Positions 26,876 to 36,956 of a DNA stretch of 64,000 bases are shown piece after piece. Positions within the stretch are counted from its first letter, which is position 1, and every line of letters starts with the position of its first letter. A program made the translations under genes and the position numbers. This stretch comes from Trichoplax adhaerens. Its lineage: Eukaryota > Animalia > Placozoa. The notes beneath the pieces are model-generated. The model saw only the letters and a list, made by a program, of their open reading frames with translations. It was not told where the DNA came from and ran no database searches. Location of the stretch: the NCBI RefSeq assembly GCF_000150275.1, contig NW_002060946.1, positions 1,626,722-1,690,721 on the forward strand, read 5' to 3'.

Positions 26876-27590
26876 ATGCGTCCACCTCGCGGGGTGCTGT
26901 GGACGCATTGGTTTTCACATCGCGTACCTCTGTGTCAAGTTATTTTGACTTGAATACAGTTGCGATCCTGTTTCATAGGTACGGTGGCTCACAAGAGCCA
27001 CCGTACATAGGTCTTCCTATACAAAAATCTATTAAAATTGGCGCGGATGAATGGGGCTAATGTTCCGCATCGTTTAAAATACAGGGTTACTATGAAGTTT
27101 CGCAGGTCTTCCGATACAAAAACCTATTAAAACTGGCGCGGATGAATGGGGCTAATGTTCCACATCGTTTAAAATACAGGGTTACTATGAAGTTTCGCAG
27201 GTCTTCCGATACAAAAACCTATTAAAACTGGCGCGGATGAATGGGGCTAATGTTCCACATCGTTTAAAATACAGGGTTACTATGAAGTTTCGCAGGTCTT
27301 CCGATACAAAAACCTATTAAAACTGGCGCGGATGAATGGGGCTAATGTTCCACATCGTTTAAAATACAGGGTTACTATAAAGTTTCACAGGTCTTCCTAT
27401 ACAAAAACCTATTAAAACTGGCGCGGAGAAGTGGCGGCTAATGTTCCACATAGTTTAAAGTACAGAGTTACTATTAAAAGCTTCATACTGTAGGTCTTCC
27501 TATACAAAAACCTATTATAACTGGCGCGGAGAAGTGGCGGCTAATGTTCCACATAGTTTAAAATATAGACTTACTATTAAAACTTCATAA
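26876..27590. repeat. Two perfect GC-rich hairpins followed by a 95-bp tandem array (about 6 copies); possibly a non-autonomous element
   Basis: Stems atgcgtccac/gtggacgcat (26876-26908) and gtacggtggctc-acaa-gagccaccgtac (26979-27006). The anchor ggcgcgga occurs at 27040, 27135, 27230, 27325, 27420 and 27523. Confidence 0.9.
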
Positions 27591-28233
27591 TATTGGTATG
27601 TACAGTACTTGTACTTACAGTTACAGCTCTGTACAGTAGGAATGATGTACTGTATGGCTAGCCTTTCTCGACCATTGCTTAATGAACATCACTGACTGCT
27701 GAAATACAGTCTGTAATAACACTTTTGAAAATAATTACCCCTAATACTTTCAAAAGTGTTGTCGTATGAAGTCGATTCTCCAGTAAATAAATAAATAAAT
27801 AAATATATCCATGTTCCTTCGCAGTCCATAGGACAGTACCCTATGTACAGTACAGTAGTAAACACTGTACCGTGTTGAGTACAGTAGAAAAAAGTCCATA
27901 ACAGCCATGGAGTCACAAGTAACTAAACTAGCCCATGGTACAGTCAGGAACTAGTGAAAGTGATACGATCACAGTCATTCCATGATTGGTACTTCAGTCG
28001 ATCTCAACTGGTACCCGTACCGGTCCAAGTCTGACGTCAAGGGTAAGGCTGAAAGTAGTTGGATTGAAGCGGCCAGCGTGTCAACACTGTTCCACTATGA
28101 TGATGGAGTAGCAAGACAAGATGGCCAAAAGCAATTGCAAATCTCTTTTCACTTGTAGCTTTTTCCACTGGACTTTTTCCATCGTTTGAAATAGTCTTGA
28201 AAGAATAATAGCGCTAGCGATACAGAGGAGAAG

Positions 28234-31200
28234 ATGAAAAGACAACATCCACTCTCCAATCAACCATCTCATCCTCTGACCGCCAATTTCAATCGATCCA
28301 ATGACACTCTCCAGTATCCATTCTTCTTCAGCGATTATCAAAGCAAACGTAAAAAAATTCAACCAGTTCAACCTTTTCGCGCTCTTAGCCAGCCAACATT
28401 ACAAGCACAACATCAAGAGCGACAACGATTAACTCGATTAGGCTTGATCAATGATCCATCCTATCATATACCCGATATTGCTGATGAATTGACGCCAGTA
28501 GCTGCGTCTCTTTCCAATCCTGTGGTTATTCTCGATGGTAGTAGTGATGAAGAGGCAACTCAAGAAGCAATCCATCAATTATCTAGCGGTTATCATTCGT
28601 CGATATCATCAGAAGATAGCAAAATGGTGGTCCACTCAACCTCCAGTGTAACCAATCCTTGCACAAGTTCTTCTTGTATCGTTGTTATTGATAGCAGTAG
28701 CGAAGACGAAAATAGCCATGACAACAACAAATCGAAAAATGAAACTTTCTCTCCCAAACAGACCATTCAACTTGCTGACGATCCAAGTGGGCGCCAACAG
28801 GTACAATATGGACACACAGTTGCGCGCTAAAATAAGACTCCATTTTAATACTGGATTTTCATATTTCTATCCACTTGCCTTCCAATAATCCTCCTATACG
28901 GACCCAATAGTGAACAATCATAAACCAATCATTTTCTTACTTAGGCCTACCATTCACTCGATCACTTTGGACCATCATTGAAACATATCGAAATGCCATC
29001 ATGCATATTGTAAACTACATCATCATCAATATTCATGATATGCAATCTTACAGATAGATACTACTTTTCATCCATCAATAGCATCACTTGGACTCGTCCT
29101 CACTGTCACATACCCAAAAATTTGTCATCAATATCAGTCTAACTACTCATTCCATCGAACCGAACTACCCACTCCATTAGTACATTACAATCCTATCTCA
29201 ACATCTTTAATTCAATCCAATCCATCTTCATGCATAGGCCAAGTAGCAAACAATCACAAATATCCTGAAAGCTTACGCGGTTGATATCCAAAAGAGTTAG
29301 TCCATTCAATTCGATACCATCTTCAACATCAAATGATCTTTTAAAGTCTATGCTAGCCAAGACACACTAACTTATACTCCAATCTTACTGTACTTTAATC
29401 TTGTCATCTTTAAATTCCAACTCATCTATATTGATATAATACTTTTGTTCACTACATGCGAGTACGAATCGTATTCTTGATTATTGACGGTTGATGAGAT
29501 TTCTCTACTCTATCAAATACAACGCGTATCGAAATGTATATCTTGCAAAATAATCATTCCATAACACAGAAAATGTTTGAACTGTATCATAAGAGAAAAT
29601 TATCGTAGATACGCCATACAGTAATAGGAACCCCAATGCGATTGTCCATGATATATTAAACGGGATGAATAGGAAATAAGCCATCCATCCCAAATACAGA
29701 AAAAATGATGTATTTATATCATTTAATAGTGCTAATGCTTTCCCACACTGATCATAACTCATTTCTATTTTATCGTACGATAAAAATTAGAATCCTGTAT
29801 TCATTATTACTAATAAAGTACAACTAAAACAATTAGATAAACTGCGATCGTTATGTTATTGAAGTAGCGAATACGATTTCGTCCTAGAATTCTTATTATG
29901 TAGTATACTCTAGCCATGAAATAGCAATAAATTTTCATTACAAGCAAATACTATACGTAATATTAGTATTAAATACTTATCAATATTATTATAAATAAAA
30001 AATTCAGATCTACTATACATTTATCAAACAGAATGATTATGACTTACCCTCTCTACTAACAGTAAATAATAAATAACTAATTATAGGATTTTCGTTTTAT
30101 CATAAACATGACGGGATCCACTTATTGACAAATTGGAGATTAAAGATACTGATCGTCCTGGAGAAGAGAAAACCATCGCTGGTTACTATAGCCTTAGTTC
30201 CGATGATGAAGAACTTACATCTGATGACGTCTATAAGCATTACTTAACTCTTCGTAACTCTCCCCCAAGTCGTGGAATAATTAATGCTAATCATCCTACC
30301 TCTGAGATAGATATTTGCATCTCTCCTCATTTAATTCCTGTTTTGAAGACTCATCAGGTAATCATATCGTGTGTGTAAATAGCATACTTACTTACCTAGT
30401 AATTGCACTCTCCATATCATCTTCCTTGCATTCGTGACCTTAATATATAAATTAACTATCGGTCATTGGATAGGTGGCAGGTATCAAGTTTCTATTTAAC
30501 AATGTAGTGGAATCTTTTAAGCGCTACAGAATAAGTGACGGCTTGGGCTGTATTTTAGCCCATTCAATGGGTCTTGGAAAGACGTTACAAGTTGTTGCTT
30601 TCATCGAAATCTTCTTACGTGCATTAAGCGCAAAATGTGTTTTATGTATTGTACCTCTATCTACTCTAGACCACTGGCTAAATGAAATAAATTACTGGTT
30701 GCCAAGTTCTACCTCCGCTCATCTCTCTGTAAGGAGATATCAATAAAGCTGTAGCGATTATGTTGTAGAGCACGTATGAATGCAATATTGTACATGCACA
30801 ATCTTCACTTTAATTTCTTCTTTCTACTACAGAAATTCAATTACCAACGCCCATTTAAGGTCTACCAAATCAGCAGCAATTGCAAATCATTAAAAGATAG
30901 AGCTAACATCATTAATGAATGGCGAAATATTGGAGGTGTCCTAATTATTGGCTACGATATGTACCGTATATTAATGACAATGTCAGCATATCAAAACAAC
31001 ACAAAGAAGAAGGGAAAGAAAGTTGCTTCTTCCGATAGTATGGAAATTGTCGATTTAGATCTCATAGAAGAAAAATCGCAATACATTAAGGGTAAGTTTT
31101 TTAATAATATCTTTAATTAGTTATACGCGTATATCCATTATTTAATTAGTTCACCTACTAACTCTCATGATACTTATTTTGATAAATTCCGTAGATATTC

Positions 31201-34200
31201 GTCTTGCATTATCAGATCCGGGCCCAGACTTAGTAATATGTGATGAAGGGCATATCTTGAAGAATGCAACAGCTTCTGTTACGAAGACTTTAAAAGAAAT
31301 TAAGACAAAGTAATTTTCAATATTTCACTACCGTACGCATTATAGCGCGTGGTTGAGTAAATATTCTTTTTTATCGCTTAATCCAAACAGACGTCGAATA
31401 GTTTTAACAGGCTATCCGATACAAAATAATCTAATAGAATATTGGTGTATGGTGGATTTCGTTAGACCTAACTACCTCGGTGATAAAAAACAATTTTCTA
31501 ACATGTTTGAACGACCTATAGCTAACGGCGAATGTGTTGATAGTACACCAAATGTATGCATACTATTATATTAACATGATCAGAAATCAACATTGGAAGT
31601 TTCATTAATAATGTTTGTACATATGATTACAGGACATTAAAAAAATGAGGTTCAGATCGTACGTTTTACAGAAAATGTTAAAAGGCTTTGTACAAAGGTA
31701 TTATTGTAGTCGTACTATTGAGTATTTTGTTTTTATATTATTGATTAAGTATGTGTATACTGAATAATATTTTATTTCCGTCCAATTGTTGCCATAAACA
31801 CAAGGCGAAGCCAAAAAATATTGAAAGACGCTTTACTACCCAAGAAGGAATACGTTTTACTGATTAGGATGTCACCTATCCAAGAAAGACTATATAATGC
31901 TTTCATTGAATGTGTAATTAAAAAAAATTGGACCAAAATTAGCTTAAAGATTGGCGCTAACGTTTTATTAGCCTTTTCTGTCTTGTATAAAGTACGTATG
32001 TACAGTATCTCATAAACTCTAAGATGTGTTGTTCTGACTTACAGGCCCTACGGCTGCTAAATCACGATATACTTATAATTCAGGTTTGGAATCATCCTGA
32101 TGTGTTACACCGGGCTATAATGGAACAAGATAAAACCTACCAAAATGATATCTTAGTAAGCACTACGAGCTTGAACGTAACTTTTTTAGTATAATTACGC
32201 TAATATCGTAGAGTTAAGTGCCATTTAATCTATAATCTGTAAAATTTACACCAAAGTTCACATACTGTCTGAGTGTCTGAGTGGTTACTAATAGTACTTA
32301 ATGGAGTACTTTCAATAACTTAATAGAACGATGCAGATCGTGATTTGGAATTAGAACTTGGAGCTAATACTAGTAATGATAATTCTGACGTTCATGGCAA
32401 TCACGAAACTAAAGTAACCAGACGTACCAATAAAACAGAAGACGAAGGGTCATCCATAGATTATTCATGGGTCAGTTAATAACTTAAATGCTCACTACTC
32501 TAATTGTAATAACTTGCGCTATACGAGTACAATATCTACGTTTTACAGGCGTTTCCATCGATGGCGCATTATGCACCTGGAGTTCTCGAACATGGTGGAA
32601 AAATGGTAATATTAATGGATTTAATTGAAAATAGCGTAAAACTTGGTGATCGAATGTTAATATTCAGGTATTCTGACATTTAGTTTTATTAAATATTTTT
32701 GGCTACCCATCTGTGTTGATGATATTATTCTGTTGCAACTCTAACGTATTAACACTTGTTTCTTACGTTAGCCAAAGCCTAGTAACTCTATCAATAATAG
32801 AACACTTTCTATCAAAAATCGAAATACCATGCACGTCGTCTGAAGGAAACAACAAAAAATGGGCTAAGAATGAAAGTTACTTTCGTAAGTTAATACAAAC
32901 TTCACAACGTTTACGTTATCGCTACAATATCGATGTAAAGAAAATTAATGGTTGCATCTATTAATAAGTAAGTTATGGAAGATTTTAAGAAATTGTAACT
33001 GTGACTTTATAACTATGAAATATAATTTAGGTATCGACGGTAGCGTACCTAGTCATGAACGTTCTCGATTAATTGATTTATTTAATTCCCCCGACAACAA
33101 CTCCGTATGGCTTTTCTTAATTTCTACCAGGTACCGTGGAGGCATCAATACAGATTGTAATAAAATTAATTACAGTACATTAACGATCGATAACATACAG
33201 TACAGTATCGGTGTAACTGTTTGTCGCGATTTGATTTTTATTACATAAAGTAACGTAAATGCAAGTAATCATGCTAACATAAAATTGACTCTTATGATTT
33301 AATAGAGCTGGTAATCTTGGTATTAATCTTGTAGCTGCAAATCGTGTAGTTATTTATGACTCAGCCTGGAATCCATGTTACGATAATCAAGCAGCATTTA
33401 GGTTATCATTTATTATACGAATGACTGTCACTATATAAAGTATGTTTCATTTGAGGATGTGATTACTTCCAATACTAAAATTTTACCTTTTATTCGTTAG
33501 AATCTACCGGTACGGACAAAAGAAACCGTGTTACATTTACCGTTTGGTAGGTAGTAACACGATGGAACATGTAATTTATAAACGCCAAATTCGTAAACAA
33601 GGCCTTTCACGTAAGAAAATATCATAGCATGTCTAATAAATTATCATTTTAATATACAATTAGCAGCTGTAGCTTACGTTACTCATTTTATCTGAACTAT
33701 CACGTTGAATATAGTTAAACGATAGTTGACTTCAAATGTTTGTATTTGTAGGTCGAATCATCGACGAGAGACATCCTGGTGCAGTTTTTACTAGTAGAGA
33801 ATTAGAAACTACCATACAGTCAACGGTATATATTCTTAATTGTTAAATAGGTTGTAAAGTTAAATGTTATTTCTATTACTAGAAAGGATTTATAACATTT
33901 GCGATGATTATACGCAGTATACGCATGAGCCATATGTAGATCTCAGTAAACTTCAATTCGATGATCTTCTCATGGCAAATACGATAAAAAAGAATGGGCA
34001 TTGGCTGACAAAGGTATATCTTGTTTGATGATGTCATCATATCAATTTATTAGGCAACTCTTGAACCATTATTTTTCTCGGAACCTATTTAGGCGCCATT
34101 TGAGCATGAATCGTTGCTATTAGATGATAAAGACCAAGAGCTTACGCGAGAAGAGGAACGCCAGGCAACGCAAGGTGCTGTAATTGTACCTAATTATATC

Positions 34201-34675
34201 TAATAGCTCTCGTTATTATCTGTATATTGATAGTTTTGAAATTCTATAGGATATGAAAAGGAAGTTCGACAAAGGGTCAATATTAATAATTTGATGGACG
34301 TTGAACGAAATATCCGGTAGCGTACATTATCACTTCTTAATTTACTAATATTTAGATCCATTATGTTGGTGATTTAGTTTAATCAGAATTTCTTGATTTT
34401 TAAAAATTACATGCGTATTTATTTGTGTCATAGTAACAGTCGATTACCTTCAGCTCATATCACTCAAGAAATGAACTCACCAGCTACCAATTTATGCCTT
34501 CAGCATCATCTTGCAGTACATCGAGAAAAATGTCTTGAGCAGGGTATACGCTTACTTTCTCATTGTTATTTTATTTACGTGACATTTCACAAATAGTCCG
34601 GTAATTAATGCTAAATATTACGCAATATTCGTTTATTTTTACGTTTTAGCTCAAGGTTCTAATCAGTATGGGTGA
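28234..34675 (+). CDS. RAD54L2: SNF2-family ATPase RAD54L2/ARIP4, copy 2 (multi-exon, gap-free; exon-2 acceptor altered, last exons tentative)
   Basis: Has the same motifs as copy 1 plus the region missing there ([26 protein letters not shown]). The C-terminus reads [19 protein letters not shown]. Exon 1 is 28234-28800, exon 2 ends at 30357 and exon 3 is 30474-30728. Stop is TGA at 34673-34675, or TAG near 34318-34320 if the last introns are not used. Confidence 0.88.
29505..29995 (-). pseudogene. Rhodopsin-class GPCR-like relic, antisense in intron 1 of helicase copy 2
   Basis: Hydrophobic segments in TM1-TM4-like order: [33 protein letters not shown]; a frameshifted [16 protein letters not shown]; [20 protein letters not shown]; [14 protein letters not shown]. 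Stops are present and there is no DRY motif. Confidence 0.4.
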
Positions 34676-35279
34676 CAATCATGAGCTTGCAAATACTGTA
34701 ACGGATGAATTTACTAAAATACAATTTTCTAAATCTGGTTTACTGTATAGCAAGCATAACATGTTCTCAACCACATTTTCCCATTACAGGCCAAGGGCAA
34801 GACTATTTTACATTTTCAAAATTATGTATGTTTACTTCTTGCAGTTATCTATACATACAATTCGTATTTGATTTTGAGCCAGTTTCTGTAATTATAAACT
34901 CACTTTATCATGTACGTACGCTATCCAAATGCGTACAAGAATCGAATCTGTGTACGGGCAAGCCCAGCTTGATCAGTTAGTCGTTTGACGACTTATTCTA
35001 TTCTAATAATTGTAATTAAAAACTGAACTGATTTGAAACGGTTCGCCACAATAAAGGCGACTAAAAAATGTATAAAATATTTAACCATTTATTGTGAATA
35101 TTGATTTGCTCTTGATTTGGAAATTAAACAAATTGCGTTATAGCACAGCTACTAGATAACCTCCAATTACACAAAGTATTGATGCTACAAGATTTCCGAT
35201 TGGAAAAAATTAATTTTATTTGGTAGTTATCATTTCCTTACACAATAGCTTAACTAGAATTCTTTTCATGATAAGAGTT

Positions 35280-36956
35280 TTACAGGATTATACAGCAGCT
35301 GCAAGTAGACGAATCTGTAGCTTTTTGATTACCTTCAGAGTTATTGAGAAGTGGAGTTCGTTCACCATGATTAGGTTCTATATTTTCATTTACTTTCTGA
35401 TCCCAAGTGTCAATGTCGTTGTCTTCTCGAATATTTCGATCATTATTTGTGTTATCATACATGGCGTTTGTTACCAACGGGTCTGGTATCGTATTCTGAG
35501 AAACATTTGTAGCTTTTATATGATGATTTTGTCCTGTAAGTGGAGTTACTTCCTCACCTTCATCTCGATTCTGTGAACGTAGTGGTGATTTCTGTTCATG
35601 TCCAACTACTTTTATTTCTGGCTCTAATTCCAAAGTACTTCTTTCTTGAATGTATTGCCCCTCCAATAAATTTCCAGCTAAAACTGTAGCCGCTTCAGAA
35701 TCCTCCAGTTTAAAGCTAGCATTGTGATTATTTATTTCTTTAAATCTATTTTTACTATTAACATCACTAGTTGCTTCATCTTTTAATTCCGTCTCGATTA
35801 TTTTACTGTTAGACTCGCTGTCTACTGGTTGTGGGGAATAATCGTTTGATGTATCAGTCGCTATAGCTTTAGCAAACTGTAATTCTTCACTTTTAAGTAA
35901 TCCTTCTTGGCTTAGTGTATCGGCCAAAGATTGATTTTTCAACTTATCCATGTCGCTAGTATCTTCCATTAATTCATTGTTACTTATCTCTACTTTATCT
36001 TGAACTTCCAATGATGAACTTTGACCATGAGCTTCTTGAGCGATTTCACTTACTTGCTTTTCAAGGTCCATCTGACTTTCTTCATTATGTTGTAATGGTT
36101 GTATTTCATCCACTTTATGATTATATTCCTTTTCTAAGTCGGCAGTTCCTTGAAAGGTAATTCCTACGGATTCAAATGTTACTCCATCTCCCTCTTGGTA
36201 AGTTTCTTCTTTATTGGAACCCCCTTGCTTTTCAAGGTCCATTTCACTTTCATCGTTGCGTTGCGATTGTTGTATTTCATCCATCTTGAGATTCTTTTCC
36301 TTTTCTAAGTCTACAGCTTGTTGAAAGCTAACTTCTGCAGATTCAGATATTACTCCATCTCCATCTTGGTAAGTTTCTTCTTTATTGGAACCTCCTTGCT
36401 TTTCAAGGTCCATTTCACTTTCATCGTTGCGTTGCGATTGTTGTATTTCATCCATCTTGGGATTATTTTCCTTTTCTAAGTCTACAGCTTGTTGAAAGCT
36501 AATTTCTGCAGATTCAGATATTACTTCATCTCCTTCTTGCTGAGTTTCTTCCTTACTGGACTGAGATTCTCTTGTTGTCAGATTCACGATTTCGTTATGA
36601 TCTGAAATCTCGATACTATTGCTCTCCTTTTGATCGTCAACGGTACTTGAATCTCTCTGCAAATCAGGAGAAGTATCATTATCAGAAGAGTGCACAGATA
36701 TTCGATTTCCTTCACTTTCATTCCTATTTTCTAATTCCACTTCTGGGCTCGTATTATTGATCTCTTTTTCAAGATCATCCGATGGAGTAGCATATCCTGT
36801 TTCTGCATGTATATCTTCATTATCATCCGTCTTAGCTATTTCGTTATCATTCATATGCTCTTTTACAGGTAATGAACTGCTCGATTCTATGTCCATTTCT
36901 TCATTTATACCTTCTTTAGCTATAGCTAAGGCACCTTGATCTTTTTTAGAACTTCC
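35280..36956 (-). CDS. Large terminal exon of an acidic, low-complexity protein with 3 x 57-aa repeats, a dileucine motif and a C-terminal CaaX (CSCCIIL)
   Basis: The 538-aa ORF extends to an acceptor at 36957-36958. 171-bp repeats (tcaaggtcca at 36061, 36232, 36403). ERTPLL fits [DE]xxxLL. A probable 23-nt micro-exon lies at 37101-37123 and a possible ATG-G exon at 38336-38339. Confidence 0.85.
   Translation of the reverse strand, partial: GSSKKDQGALAIAKEGINEEMDIESSSSLPVKEHMNDNEIAKTDDNEDIHAETGYATPSDDLEKEINNTSPEVELENRNESEGNRISVHSSDNDTSPDLQRDSSTVDDQKESNSIEISDHNEIVNLTTRESQSSKEETQQEGDEVISESAEISFQQAVDLEKENNPKMDEIQQSQRNDESEMDLEKQGGSNKEETYQDGDGVISESAEVSFQQAVDLEKEKNLKMDEIQQSQRNDESEMDLEKQGGSNKEETYQEGDGVTFESVGITFQGTADLEKEYNHKVDEIQPLQHNEESQMDLEKQVSEIAQEAHGQSSSLEVQDKVEISNNELMEDTSDMDKLKNQSLADTLSQEGLLKSEELQFAKAIATDTSNDYSPQPVDSESNSKIIETELKDEATSDVNSKNRFKEINNHNASFKLEDSEAATVLAGNLLEGQYIQERSTLELEPEIKVVGHEQKSPLRSQNRDEGEEVTPLTGQNHHIKATNVSQNTIPDPLVTNAMYDNTNNDRNIREDNDIDTWDQKVNENIEPNHGERTPLLNNSEGNQKATDSSTCSCCIIL

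Noticed and set aside
27010-27590. 95-bp array (and the 109-bp array at 16.1-16.6 kb) as a CRISPR array
   Set aside because: Units repeat over their whole length with no unique spacers, there are no cas genes, and the context is eukaryotic.
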